Origin: Octopus vulgaris
Lineage: Eukaryota
NCBI GenBank assembly: GCA_951406725.2
Contig: OX597833.1
Location: 61,380,001 to 61,444,000, forward strand
Reading direction: 5' to 3'
DNA: 64,000 nt
Part shown: positions 23,545 to 38,067 of the stretch, piece by piece
Layout: each line of letters opens with the position of its first letter
Numbering within the stretch: position 1 is the stretch's first letter
Notes under the pieces: generated by a model
Told to the model about the DNA's origin: nothing
Databases searched by the model: none
The model's input: the letters and a program-made list of their open reading frames with translations, nothing else
Position numbers and translations under genes: made by a program

Positions 23545-26014
23545 TAAATATATATACGATGGGCTTCTTTCAGTTTCCATCAACCAAATCCACTCACAAG
23601 ACTTTGGTTGGCCTGAGGCTATAGCAGAAGACACTTGTCCAACATACCATGTAGTGGGATTGAACCTGGAACCATGTAGTTGGGAAGCAAATTTCTTACC
23701 ACGCATCCACACTTGTGCCTATTAGTTCAATTTTCCTTCATAGTCACTCTTTTATATATTTTTTTATGTTGTCTGACTTTTATTTTTTGTTTTCTATTTG
23801 TTGCAATTTTCTTTCAATCAAAAGATTTTTGTTGTTGTTTTCTACAATCGAGGATTTCAGCCGTTCAATTACCTACTGATTGTATTATAAAGTTAGTGGC
23901 TGAGTATTCCAGAGACACATCTCCCTCAACATACTTTCCTGTCAGAATCAACAAGACACTGTGTAACAAAATTGGGTTCTCTGAATTAGGTTTGAGAGAG
24001 GCATAAACATCACACAATCACATTTTCCTCTTCCCAACATATAATTGTAATTTTTTTTTCTAATGTAAGAAATCTATTTTAGAGTTTGTTTTTACTTGAT
24101 TTTAATGTTGTGTTGTTTTTATTTTAAAATTTAAATATCAAAAATTTTCAGTAGCTGTGTCTAAGTATTTAATGATTTAGAAATCCTTTCATTTTTTACG
24201 GCTTGATCTGAAGGAGGGAATAGGGCCCCTGGTCTTTATAGGCCCTGAAAAACCTATGAAAGGAATGTAGTTGATGTTCTTAAATAAATAGAAATTTATG
24301 TCTTTAAGGAGAATAGAGAGGGAATGGTCTGTAGGTTTGGTGATCATAGGGAGGGAGTTTGGATGGGGGGGAAGGGATCAGTGTAAGGCCTGGAGGGAGA
24401 GGATAAATATAGTAAGAGTAATGATAGGAGGAGAAGAAATGGGTTGGGTGGCCTGAGTGGAAGTAGCTTGAGGATTAGAAATCACAAGTAGAGAAGGTAG
24501 AAGAGGGTGAGAAAAGCTATAGTGTGTTAATTATTGACCTCATGGTAACAAGACAGGTGACATTTGCAGTGGTGTTGGGGATGGGGATATACATTAAGAT
24601 GTCTATATGTGTAACAAGATCCCAAATTTTGGAGCAATAATAGGGTTAGGGTTAAGAGTAGCTTTTAAGCTAGTTTTAAATATATTTAAAGTGGAAGTTA
24701 CAAAATAAATATTATTTTCCATCTTACTGTTAGTTTTGTTTAATTTGGAAAATGAAAATTTATTTTTTTGTTTATAATTGTTTGTATTTTGAATTGCATA
24801 TATATGGAGACACCAAAATCTTTTAAGTACTTAGAGCGTCTATGGGTCTTAACTTGGCTGTGAGTAGCACCATCCTGGAGTTAGAAGTCAGTACTCCATT
24901 GTGGGTTTGAGATGTCTGTTTGTGTAACATCAGTACCATCTCAGAGGTGTGTGTTGTACTCTGTTGAGGGTCTCTTTCTGCTTAGCATCCCCACTGTCCC
25001 AGGTGTGGGTGCACTATTTCATTCCAGGATTATCTGAACATCAGAGCTCACCTGAATATCTGGGCTCACCAGAACACCTGGGCTCACCTAAACATTTGGC
25101 TCACTTGAATATCTGGGCTTACCTGAATACCTGGGCTCACCTGAACATCTGAGATCACATGAACACCTGGGCACACCTAAACACCTGGGTACACCTGAAC
25201 ATCTGGACTCACCTGAACATTTGGGCTTCACTTCATAATAATATAGTTGAATAAGGTGAGGAGAGAGTACAGTTAAGGAGAAGCGAAGGGTGGTACCACC
25301 TGCATGTGGCTGGGTTAAAAGGTCATTGATGAATAAGAGGAAGAATGTGCAATGAACAAAACTGAATCTTAGGTCACAGGAGATAATTATTTTAATTAAA
25401 AGACAAGTTAATGATTACAATGTTTACTTTACAATATAATTATGCAAATGCAAAGATAAAATAGTGGCTGCCCTCTTTTTGTGTGAAATATGATTATTTT
25501 AATTAAAAGATAAGTCAGTGGTCTGACTACTGACGCCAATGTCCTCTTTGAGATAAGACCAATATAGACACTGCGGTCTACAGGGCTTGACCAATGACAT
25601 TACAACAGTTTTTGAGGTTATACAGTGCAGTCTAGTGGTTATGAGGTTAGACCATTGTCACCCTGCCTTCTGTTTAGTAGAGTCAGTTCCTGACTGGCAT
25701 GAACTGATTAGATTTTGGGATAGACTGGATACTGGCCAACAATTCTGGATTATTTTTTCTGTTCTTAGTTGGGTTGGACATATTGACCACACAATGTTTT
25801 TTTTGTTTTTTTTACTTGTGACAGTCATTAGAAAGAAAGAGAGGGAGAGAGACAGAGACATTGAATTTTGGCACTTTAGCTCTGGTCACACCATCATCAT
25901 CATTATCATCACCATAGTTAAAGAGTGAAAGTGGACAAAACAGCCATGCTTATGAAGGAGATGGTGTCTCACTTATGTTTTGTGGGAGAAACAGACAAGC
26001 AAACAGAATCTCTC

Positions 26015-26075
<61 letters not shown>

Positions 26076-29000
26076 CCCTATATACACAGCCAATAATACA
26101 TACAACCAACAATAAATACATTCAGCTACATATACACCCAATAATATAGACATCCAACAATATACACACCCAACAATATACACCAAAAATTTATATACAC
26201 TGGAATTTTTACACCCAATAATATATATTTTTAATGATTTAAACACCCAACAATATATACACCCAACAATATATACACCTAATAATATATACACTCAATA
26301 AGGTGGCAAACTGGCAGAAACATTAGCATGCTGGGTGAAATGCTTAGCGGTATTTCGGCAGTCTTTACATTTTGAGTTCAAATTCTGTTGAGGTTGACTT
26401 TGCTTTTCATCCTTTTGGGGTCGATATATTAAGTACCAGTTGTGTACTGAGATCGATCTAATTGATTGTCCCCTCCCCCAAAATTTTGGGCCTTGTGTCT
26501 AGAGTAGGAAAGAATATATACACTCAACAATATATACCCAACAATATTTACATGCAATAATATATACACCAAGCAATCTATACATAGAACAATTATACAC
26601 CCAACAATCATTATTATTTATGTCCTTAATTAACTTTGTTCTTTTTCCTCTCTCTCCGTTTCTTTCCTCAAGTTCTCTGTTATTCCATGAAATGCAACTA
26701 CTGCTTCATAAAGCCAGTCAAAAACCGTCAAATCGTCAGCAATAATTGGTTCTCTGTCCATTACTTAAGCATTTCTACCGTCAATAAACAGCAGAGTGTC
26801 ATCAACGTTACAGAACAAGATGTGAAGACAGACAATTTGAATTTTGATGAGCATGTGGATATTTTCAAAAAGAAATCTTTCAGAGAATTGTTAAGGTCTT
26901 ATCTAATATTTGGTTTGTGCTCCAGTGATTTGTTGGTCTCGAAGAGTGGCTGGGTTTGTAAATCCTTTTCTTATTGATATAATATATTCTTATTACGCTT
27001 GCATAACCCCAGGTTGGCTGCCCTTCCCAATGCCAGCCAGTTTACAGAGTGGACTGGCTAACTTTTCACATGGCATCAGTACTGGTGAGGTCTGCTTTAA
27101 CATGGTTTTTATGGCCAGATGCCCTTCCTAATGCCAAGCAGTTTACAGAGCAGATTGGGTGCTTACCATGTGGTACCAGCACCAACGAAGTCTGCTATAA
27201 ATACGCACACATATATACATAAATCCATCCATCCATACATAGTGCATATATGTCTATGTATGTGAGTATGTATGTATATATGTGTGTATGTATGTATGTA
27301 TGTATGTATGTATGTATGTATGTATGCATAAATGTGTATATGTATGTATGAATATATTCTTTGCTGATGTATTTTGCCAAAGATTGTAAGTGTCAATGAG
27401 AAATGAAAAACTGTTGCTCTTCACAGCAAATCCCTTTCTAATATAGATCTAATAACATTAAATTTTCCTGATTGCAAAATAAAAGAAATGAATTCAAGTA
27501 ATTCTAGGTTCTTCTTTGTTTTGGAGATTCTTCAGAATTTCCTTTGGTGTGGTGTGTTTTAGGTGACTCCTGATGGATGACAAATCCTTGTAAATGAATC
27601 TGTTGAAGATGGTTGTTTAGCGGTAAAGTTTAACCTATGGTAACTTATAAAGAATACGGTAACCGATAAGAAGATGGTAACTGATAAAGAGTTAATGGAA
27701 AAACATATTGATTCTATTTTCAGCTTCTTCATACGGGAGAAAGAATCTTGGGAGAAAGATTAATGAGTGTAATTCTAAAACCAACTTTATATGGTCAGTT
27801 TGTGGCCGGAGAAACTAGACCTGAGATTGAGAAAACCACAACATCTCTGAAAGCTGCAGGAATCGGTTCTTTACTTGGAATGCCAATGGAACAAGATGCA
27901 GATGATAATGCTGGGTTTGCTAATAAATTGATTTCTTCTATCTCCTTCTCTTCTTCCTCCTTCTTCCCTTTTGTTCTTTCTCTTCCTTTTCCTTCACAAG
28001 TTCCATTCTTAGTTGAGTTCATCTAAATGAGAGACCTTCCACTGTCCAAAATAACAGACTGTTGGTCAAAAGTATCTTTTATCTTTTACTTGTTTCAGTC
28101 TGGCCATGCTGGGGCACTGACTTGAAGAATTTTTTAGATAAAAAACTGACCCCCACTACTTATTTTTTATGAAGCCTGGTTCTTATTCTATCAGTCTATT
28201 TTGCTGTGGGCCCTTGTAACTATTCTGTTTTAAAAAATCCTTTTATAATTTTATAATAAAATATTATAAGAAATTGTATTACAAAACTGTTAAAATATTC
28301 CGTGCATTGTGGAAGAATTACCAATTTATTGGGAATGTGAAGGTGCATGGCTCAGTGGTTAGAGTGTTGGGCTCAGAATCATGAGGTAGTGAGTTCAAAT
28401 CCCAGACTGGGTTGTGTGTTGTGTTCTTCAGCAAGACACTTTATTTTCATGTTGCTCCAGTTCATTCAGCTGTAGAAATGAGTTGTGACATCACTGGTGC
28501 CAAACTGTATCGGCCCCTTTGCCTTTCTCTTGGATAACATCAGTGGTGTGGAGAGGGGAGGTTGGTATGCATGGGCAACTGCTGGTCTTCCATAAACAAC
28601 CTTGCCCGGACTTGTGCCTCGGAGGGGAACTTTCTAGGTGTAATTCCATGGTTGTTCATGATTGAACGGGGTCTTTAACCAATTTGTTGCACATAAACTT
28701 TAACAACGAAATTTTATTTGGACCCCTTAATGTCATATATACACCTGTTGCAAGCCACTGATCAAACTCAATCAGTCTCTATGACTGGCATTTCATTTTA
28801 TCAACTCCAGAAGAAGGAAAGTCTTTGTCTTCTGCTGTAATTCCATTTATATCCATTCACATTGAATCAGTCAAGTACCATAAGATATCATAATAGAAAA
28901 TCATTATTTCAATGGTATTGGGTTGTCCGGAAAGTTTGTGCTGATTTTTAAAGGAAAGAAAAAGGTCAATAAATACTTTATTACATTTTTAATCAACCAA

Positions 29001-30488
29001 ATATGAACCATTTTGTTGCACAATGCATCTCCATCTTTCCTTTAACTTGAAAATACCCTCTTCCCAGAATTGAGGTAGTTTCCTGGCAAAGAATTCACCA
29101 AGGTGTCTTTTTACGTCACCCAAGGAATTGAAATTATGACTGTGCTCTAAATGGAGGTGTAGTCAAATCTTATTTTATAGACGCAACCATGTTCTAAAAT
29201 AAGTTGAGAGGTAAGCTGCTATAAATTGGCAGGAACTTTCCAGACAACCAAATATTTTATTGAATTTGGGGAAGATGAAAGATAAAGTTAGCCAAATTCT
29301 TCTCTTATAATTTCATTCACAATTATGATAGTTTACAGGAAAATTAACTCAACCCAAGAATTTTACTGGTATTTTATTTTTTTTTTACCTTTGGGGAAAG
29401 ATAAAAAAAAAGGGGGGGGGCAACATTAATCAAGGTGGGATTTCAACTCAACTTTATATATTTGACTGTAACTTTACCAATATTGACTCCAATTAGGGAG
29501 AGACATAACTGGTATGAGAAAAACTTTAAAATAATGATGGATGCCATCGACCTCGTCTATGAATTGGACAAAGAATTTCCTATGACCCATGCCAAAGTGA
29601 CAGCTTTAATGCCAACAGACATATTGGTAAGTACACTGAGGTATGTTGCTGTTGTTGTTGTTGTTATTTAGCCCTAGGTTGGTCTTGATAGGGTAGATAG
29701 ACTTCAGGAACAAAGCGTCCCAGATGTGGTTACCCAGTCTCCGCACTTCATATGCACACACATTATGTATCTAGGAATATATCATTTAATGTGTCTTAGA
29801 TTTGCAGACTCTTTGGTTACTATTACTAACAGAAGGCGGCGAGCTGGCATGCAAATGTTAGCATGATGGGTGAAATGCTTAGTGGTATTTCATCTGCCGC
29901 TACATTCTGAGATCAAATTCCGACGAGGTCGACTTTGCCTTTCATCCTTTCAGGGTCGATTAAATAAGTACCAGTTTCGCACTGGGATCAATATAATCGA
30001 CTCAATCTGTTTGTCTGTCCTTGTTTGTCCTCTCTGTGTTTAGCCCCTTGTGGGTAGTAAAGAAATAGGTTACTATTACTAACAAATGGAGTGACTGCAT
30101 TGAGGATCTCTTAAACAATTGGACATAAGTATTTAGCCACAGGTCTGCCCTAATCAAGCAGACTTTTATAATCAAAGTCACTCCGCTTGTGCCTGACCTA
30201 TATTTTATTCTGTCACAGTGTATCCCGGACTACTATATCCAATGTGACTGTCCTTCCTATTGCTGTCATTTAGCTCCAGGTTTTCCATTCATGGTTATCT
30301 CCCTTCGCTTCCTCAGATATTTTATCTTTTATCATTTCTGGCACAAACACTTTTTCAAACTTCTTCCTAGGTGACCATATCCAATCTATTTCCTAAACCA
30401 ACAGAACATCCAGAAGTTCTGATGCATATAGCAGAATGTATGAAAACTGGGCAAAAAGTAAGTTGACCATCTACTATCATTATTATCA

Positions 30489-30562
<74 letters not shown>

Positions 30563-31249
30563 GTTTATATATTTGTTGTGCAAGATTTTTTATGTGAAGT
30601 CGTGTGTTGAAACAGATATTGTTATATTTCGGAATGGTCATTTTGCCAGTTTAGCCAATAAAAACACACGCACTAAACTGGCAAAATGACGATTCCGAAA
30701 TATAACAATTATTATCATTATTATTATTGAGTGAAAGAGCAGTGCATGCCATCAAAGTGACACTGGGGTAAAATATATGAAGCCTAGTATACCCGTCTGA
30801 TAAGGGTTCACCAGGCACATGCATCACAACCATATGTGTGCGACATGGTTATCTCATATCAAGATAAACAGCGCATGACCTTGCAGGTGGGGCCCAGTTA
30901 GAATTTTCTTCTGCTCGAGTAGCCCATCCCATTCAAAAGGTCCCTGAATGAGGATTGTTTAAGGATGTTGGATGGTCAGTTATCCAAGCCTCAAAGAATC
31001 CCTCTCAACACATGGCTATGTTGCTCCCCCACTACTTCTGCACGTGATCAGAGATGCACATATCGTCAGCCACTAAGGGACATGCTCAACTGGTTAAGGT
31101 CAAGACAAGAAAATATTCTGTGGTATTGAGAAGAATATTTGCTGTAGCCCATCTTTTATACAAAGACAAAACAATGTACATGATAACACTTCCAATCAGT
31201 TAAGATAAGAAGCTACGAGAGCCACTGCCTGGTATTGCATCAGGGCATA

Positions 31250-31295
<46 letters not shown>

Positions 31296-33231
31296 GATGA
31301 TGATGATGATGGTGTTGTTTTGACTCAGGTTCATTCTTACTCCTGATAGAATTTGTGTGAGTAGCAGGTTACTACCTGCAACCATAAGCATCCACAAGCT
31401 TTCGATAGTCTTTCAGGAGCTTAAAGCCCTCCTAAAAATCTTTCCAGTCCCTAAGAGGCAAACTTTTTGAAGAAGCTCTGCAAGACATTCTATTTCAATC
31501 TCCTTCAACCATTAGTCTCTATCTTCACTCACAGTTCCCAATGCACCAGGAACAACACAGGGCAGGCATTGTAGTTTAATGTTATTGTTCAACACAATTT
31601 CCTGTCTTCTTGGGTTAAAAATCGATTTTTAAAAAATATTTTTATTGATTTAGTTGAAAATAGATGGACTCAACACTGCACAACTTGAAGAATTGCAGGA
31701 AGCTTTGTACAAATTACGGAGAATTGGGGAGGTAAACTCTGGTTTTTTCACATATTTATATATTTATTATCTATTATGTTTTTGCTGTTTAACCCTTGGA
31801 CTGATAAAACTGACACTGCTTTGTATATATACCTTTAGCAGTCTGTCAGTTACCACGACGAGGGTTCCAGTTGATCCAATCAGTGGAACAGCCTGCTTGT
31901 GAAATTAACATGCAAATGGCCGAGCACTCCACAGACATATGTACCCTTAACTTATGTGCCGGTGGCATGTAAAGAGCACCCACTACACTCACGGAGTGGT
32001 TGGTGTTAGGAAGGGCATCCAGCTGTAGAAACACTGCCAGATTGGATTGGAGCCTGGTGCAGCCTCCTGGCTTCCTAGACCCCGGTCAAACCATCCAACC
32101 CATGCTAGCATGAAAAATGGACGTTAAACGAGGATGATGATGATATATGTGTGTGTGTGTGTGTGAAAGATCCTGGTACCAAACTTTTGCATCAAATGAT
32201 ATGCTAACCCCCTAGACACTGCCTTGTGTTAAAAGTCCCAACCACTCTGTCTACAGTAAGGATCAGGTACTGCAATAGCTCAGATTCCAAGGGCCCACAG
32301 CTGTTTAATATCTTGTCAAAAAACCTGGGGAATCTTTATGGAAAAGGGAATTGACATTTTCAAAAATAACACTGACTTCCTACTGTCCAAGATCCCAGAT
32401 GAGTCTCTATCACAGCAAGAAACTCAAATGGGGGCAGCATGTCAAATTCCTTCATTCATCAAAAGCCAACCACTTAAGAATGGCCATTGTAAAGCTGATG
32501 GAAATGGTAGTCCTCCAGCATGGCCATAGCCTTTGGGGTGGAACACATTAAGGAATAAATGTGTGTGTGTGTGTGTGTGTGTCTGTCTGTCTGTGTCTGT
32601 GTTTGTCCCCCACCACCTCTTGACAACTGGTGGTGGTTTGTTTACATTCCTGTACTTAGCAATTTGGCAAAAGGATACCAATATAACAAATACAAGGCTT
32701 TAAAAAATAGGTCCCAGATTGATAAACCCTTCACGAGGCAGTGCTCCAGCATGTCCACGGTCCAATTACTGAAATAATTAAAAGATATAAGATCTCTATG
32801 GTCAAGTCTAGATTTGTTTGTTTCTCTGTTTTTCTTTTCTTTGCAGTATGCTGTTGAGAAAGATGTGATCTTCATGTTTGATGCTGAACACACCTATGTC
32901 AATCCTGGTCTTAATATTCTCACTCTTGCCATGATGCTCAATTATAATCATTCCAAACCATTGATATTCTTCACCTACCAAAGCTATCTCAAGGTATGGA
33001 CTCTTTTGTTCATTCAGTTATTGCTTCCTTCCTTCATATGATTTATCTGTTTTTCCAATAGGCGCAGGAGTGGCTGTGTGGTAAGTAGCTTGCTAACCAA
33101 CCACATGGTTCTGGGTTCAGTCCCACTGCGTGGCATCTTGGGCAAGTGTCTTCTGCTATAGCCCCGGGCCGACCAATGCCTTGTGAGTGGATTTGGTAGA
33201 TAGAAACTGAAAGAAGCCCGTCGTATATATG

Positions 33232-33262
<31 letters not shown>

Positions 33263-34115
33263 TTGTGTGTCTGAGTTTGTTCCCCTAGCATTGCTTGACA
33301 ACCTATGCTGGTGTGTTTACGTCCCTGTCACTTAGCGGTTCGGCAAAAAGAGACCGATAGAATAAGTACTGGGCTTACAAAAAGAATAAGTCCCGGGGTC
33401 GAGTTGCTCGACTAAAGGCGGTGCTCCAGCATGGCCGCAGTCAAATGACTGAAACAAGTAAGAGAGTAAAGAGTAAAGAGTAAGCATGGGTCAAATGACT
33501 ATGGCATCAAAGCATTTGCTTTACAGTTGGATGTTTTGAAAATAATACTTGTCCCCTAATTTCTTGGCTCCGCCCCTTCCCTCTAAATTATTCAAAGCCA
33601 TCATTATTTTAAATATTTCTCAATTTCTAGGGATCAACTGATAACTTGGAACAAGATTTAAATTTTGTTCTGAAACATGGAGTGAAATTAGGAGCGAAGG
33701 TTGTGCGAGGGGCATACATGGACCTTGAAAGGGCTCGAGCCCTAAAACAGGGCTATGCCGACCCGGTCAATAACACATATAAGGAAACCTGTTGGAGATA
33801 TGAAACTAATGTGGAGAAGATGTTGAAAAAGATAGCGAAATATCCACAACATTATCGAATGATGATTGCAACACACAACGAGGAAAGTATCAAGAAATTA
33901 TATAAAAAGTAGGGGTTTTTTTATACATAGCTGTTGTGATTATAACTGCTGTTGTTGCTGTTGTTGTTGTTGCTGTTCCTATTATTGTTGCTGATGTTGG
34001 TCTTATTGTTGTTGTTGGTGGTGGTGTTGTAACTGTTGATTTTGTAGTTTGAATTGTTGTTGTTCTTGCAAGCTGTTGTTCTGAATGTTACTGTTGTTGT
34101 TGTTGTTGTTGCTGC

Positions 34116-34173
<58 letters not shown>

Positions 34174-36637
34174 TGTCTGTTTGTTTGTTTGTTGAGTGAA
34201 GCAGTCTTCGTCCTCTTGGGAGAAGTCCGAAACGTGGTCCTTTGCTATTCGTAAGACCCGCAGAAGAGAAAGCAGGTCAACCCCTGACACCGAGCGCATC
34301 GACGGATGGATGAATGCGCATCCAGGCTCAGCGATTGCATAGGAAGTCGGGGACAAGAAACAGGAAGAAAGAGTGAGAGAAAGTTGGGGGAAAAAGAGTA
34401 CAACAGGGGTCGCCACCACCCCCTGCCAGAGCCTCATGGAGCTTTAGGTGCTTTTGCTCAATAAACACTCACAACGCCCGGTCTGGGGATCGAAACCACA
34501 ATCCTCCGACCGCAAGTCCGCTGCCCTAACCATTGGGCCATTGCGCCTCCTGTTTGCTGTTGTGGCGGTAGTAGTGGCAGTGGTATTTCTTGCTATTACT
34601 GCTGCTCTTGTTGTTGTTTTCTGCAGTTCCCACATCTGGAACCGTGCTGCTGCTGAATTCACAGACACCCAAGACCAACAGTGGATTACAATTCCCATAT
34701 CTGGAACTTTCCTGTTGTTACTCACAGACATTCTAAACCCAATCCAAAGAAAGACCACCTGACTCACAGACATGAAGTCACTCCCCAACATCCTCTGACC
34801 CTTTTCCCTAAAGACATACTGTGTCTCCTCTTTCTGTTCCTTCTACCGTTACTACAGTGGTCCCTGTTCCATGGAACTAGTTGAGCTTACATCATCTTCA
34901 TTCAAGCATTCCTGAGTTCCATCCCTCCCTTCTTTCATCCCATATTAACTCCCACACTCAGTCCCTTTCTTCAACCCTCTGGGATTCCTTCCCTAGCCAT
35001 TTGCTTGGCATCCTAACGATTCTGTCATCTCACCACCTTATGATGAAGAAAAACATTAACCACATTGGTCTCTGTGGTCTCAGAGGACCTCTAATGGGTC
35101 ATGAATATGGCATGTTCCCTAAGATCAAGCCAATAAAAGAACTGTCGTGATCAGTCCTGACCTGACAGAGCTATGACCAAAATCATTCAAGTTGTCTGAC
35201 CACCCTGGTTTTTATTCAGACACAGATTGTCGAAGACTTCCATAGCCAAAATATCCTTCATTTTCTTAAGATGGTGAAACAATCAAATGCCTTCCAATAG
35301 TGACCATTTCATCTTTTTCTATCTCAAAGACTTCACTCTCTAACATGTCCTTCATCACTCAAAATCATAGGTTGTGGCTTGAGTCTGAAGACAGTGTGCC
35401 ATCTTTATCCCTCTCTATTTCCCACCAGTCTTAGAATCCCAGAAAGGGTTATAAGCACTGTTTTTTTCTTCCATTTACAATTTCAAGAAACGCTTGTTGT
35501 AAATTCACCATTTCCAAAAATCCATACCAATGTCATATTTTCAACGTTATCTGACCAAAACCATATTTATGTTACCCATACTCCAAGAGTTGGCAGCTGC
35601 GCATGAGGATTATAATTTAGTATATAAATTAATATAATCTAATTCGGTTAAAGTATTCAGGTTAATCTAATTAGGTTAAACAACCACATGACTAATAGAC
35701 TTGATTCCTTGTCTAGTTTAATACCCTTCCTATTATTTTGAAATTTTGGCAGTGGGGGCTTGTTGATTACATTGACCCAATGTATATATATTCCTGCATG
35801 CCAAGAGAGATATTCTTCATTTAATTACCTCAGGTAATTTCAAACAAATTTTTTATGTCTGGTAATGTGCAATCAATCAAAATATATACTGAAGCCATCT
35901 ATATATCACCCTTAATATATGTATACACTATTGTTAGGCTAGTTACTGCAGTATATACCTTGAGGTAACATCTCTAAGGGATGTGCTGTGTTAAAAACAC
36001 AATAAATGCCATCCAGAAGAGATGTCATCTCAGCGTGTATATATTATGCACAATACACAGATAACAATTTTAAGTTAATACTGCCACAATTGTATACACC
36101 AGATTTTTATTCAGCTCGGTGGCTATTTGCAACATCAGTGGATGTTTTATTAACTGTTTCCAATATTGGAGGTGATGAATTGTTGCCTGAGAATATTGCT
36201 GACTATGAGTACACACCATTGACAAAGCCCCCAAAAAGATGAAATTCATCTGGCATTATCATTGGATGCTGTTGAGGCAAATTTTCATCTAAGTCTGATA
36301 TTTAATGTGTCTTAATACACCTTGCCCATAAATAACTGGCCAATTGACTGTGTGTGTATACATTAAGTATGATACATAGATTGCTGTATTAATTTAATTT
36401 AATTTTGCCTCAATTTCATATAGCAGAATTATATTGTAGAATATTATATCATTTCAATTGATATTTTCCTCTTGTTCCAGAGTAGAAGAACATGGTGTTG
36501 ATAGAAGGAATGGAACTGTATTTTTTGCCCAAATCTTTGGAATGGGTGACCATATATCATTTACTTTAGGTAAGAATCCTTGTAGGATCTTAAAATAAAG
36601 GTATTTTAGTTAATATTGCATGTGCATGTGTGTATGC

Positions 36638-36670
<33 letters not shown>

Positions 36671-38067
36671 TGTATGTGTGTGTGTATGTATGTATGTGTG
36701 TGTGTGTATATATATATATATATACATGCATATATATTTGTGTATATATATAGATATATACATGTGTGTGTGTGCATGTGTGTGTGCATGCGTACATGTA
36801 TGTATATATGTATCTGAAAATATGTATTTTTTGCTGTGTGTGTATGTATGCATGTGTGTAGACATATACACTTATATATATGGTTTTTAAATGTAACTGC
36901 TTATAAAAATTTTTTAATGTGGTTTGCAGTTTCCAGATATTCTGTTTGCCCACACTCCATTTACGTATTCATATATATATATATATCTTGAATGTTAGCT
37001 AAAATAACATTTAAAAAAAAAATTATTGCCTTATCTTTTTGTTTTTTCTTTTCATCATTTTTCCTCCTCTTTGTTTATTTACACTTTATATCTTTATATA
37101 TTTATATATATTTGTATTTTTTCCCTCATGTAAATTCTATAGGTGGCTTTTATTATTCCCTGGTTGACCTTTTACTCATTTGTTAGTGAGTAAGAATAAT
37201 TTATCTAAATTAGCTATCTAGGATTTTTATCCTATCGGTTATCTCGTACTATCACCATGATGTCTTAATGTAAAGGAATCTTATCACTAATCCTCTCCAC
37301 TTCCCCTTCCTATCTATCTAGCATCCTTCTATTTCCACTTAATGACATCTACCATATAAACACATGTCGTATCTACCATATAAACAGGGTAACCTACCCA
37401 CTAACTGTTACTTTCATTGGTCATTTGATATTGATTTTATCTTTGTTTAGTTTTCTTTTGTTTTTTTTTTTAAACTCACCCATTCCTGTTGTGGCTATTT
37501 TGATTATTCATGTGTTCATCACCATGTGACAATGTAAACAACTTAGAGATAACAGAACCTGAAGATTAGCTAAGTTGGTTCTATATATGTTACAGTGTAT
37601 GTAACAAGCATTTCTTTAGCTATGAAACAATCGTAGTCTGTGCTTCGCCTGTTCCATTCCTTATATTCTCAGATTCTTATTATACATTTTTAGCAATGCT
37701 AGTTGCTAAACTTTGAGCTGTACGGTGACTATCAGCTTCTCAAATTTTTTTTATTATTTCAATATGAGATGAAGTGTGTCACAATGTTTTAACACACAAG
37801 CACACACACACATATACACATACTTATATATACATACATATTGGTGTCATTGTAGGATGTGTTGTTACTGACAGTGTTTTTGTTCCACTTCCAGGAGACA
37901 GTGATGTCCTTATCTACAAAGCGCTACCGTATGGTCCTGTTAATGAAACATTAGCATACTTGGTACGTCGGTTGCAGGAGAACAAAGCCATTTTGAAAGG
38001 AGCCAGGCGTGAGCAGAAACTGGTTGAGCAGTCTTTAAAGGGTCGACTTACCTTCTGGAAAAACTAA
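22630..38067 (+). CDS. PRODH2: Proline/hydroxyproline dehydrogenase, mitochondrial (PRODH2-like), copy B, 493 aa
   Basis: Exons 22630-22657, 26673-26953, 27724-27914, 29497-29626, 30371-30457, 31654-31731, 32847-32993, 33631-33908, 36481-36569, 37895-38067. Same sizes and phases as copy A, GT-AG introns, no stops. Motifs AKVTAL, DAEHTYVNPGL, VVRGAY, ATHN, YKALPYG, RRLQEN. Confidence 0.92.
22843..23045 (+). mobile_element. Short retroposon (family F) with (AAC)n tail
   Basis: Matches 38910..39121(-) and ~52671..52830. Confidence 0.65.
25030..25226. repeat. 18-bp minisatellite, about 11 units (paralog of 4185..4690)
   Basis: Same unit at the same intron position. Confidence 0.88.
28916..29254 (-). 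mobile_element. Internally deleted mariner (MITE-like)
   Basis: TIRs TAttgggttgtccggaaagt / actttccagacaaccaaaTA. The - strand encodes the transposase C-terminus EFFARKLPQFWEEGIFKLKERWRCIVQQNGSYLVD*. Copy A has a single-TA empty site at ~9415. Confidence 0.9.
30618..30709. repeat. 37-bp-arm inverted repeat (hairpin)
   Basis: attgttatatttcggaatggtcattttgccagtttag / ctaaactggcaaaatgacgattccgaaatataacaat; one mismatch. Confidence 0.85.
30728..31250 (+). mobile_element. Dispersed repeat family E flanked by (TTA)n
   Basis: Highly similar to 61867..62420; partial - strand copies at ~5295 and ~44240. Confidence 0.75.
32170..32550 (+). mobile_element. LINE 3' end fragment (CR1/L2-group-like)
   Basis: Translates RIRYCNSSDSKGPQLFNILSKNL..IDIFKNNTDFLLSKIPDE, then the ccagcatggccatagc tail. 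Confidence 0.7.
33060..33482 (+). mobile_element. Full-length SINE family A (young)
   Basis: Near-identical to 3059..3465; absent at the paralogous position in copy A (~12612). Confidence 0.85.
34195..34550 (-). mobile_element. tRNA-derived SINE (family C)
   Basis: Head ggaggcgcaatggcccaatggttagggcagcggact..ggtttcgat; copies near 11798, 38740(-), 46050 and 52290. Confidence 0.8.
37550..37645 (+). ncRNA. Degenerate hammerhead-like motif in an AT-rich intron insert
   Basis: CTGAAGA, stem TAGCTAA/TTAGCTA with an internal TGTTACA/TGTAACA hairpin, then GAAAC...GTC. Stem I is poorly paired. Confidence 0.35.
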
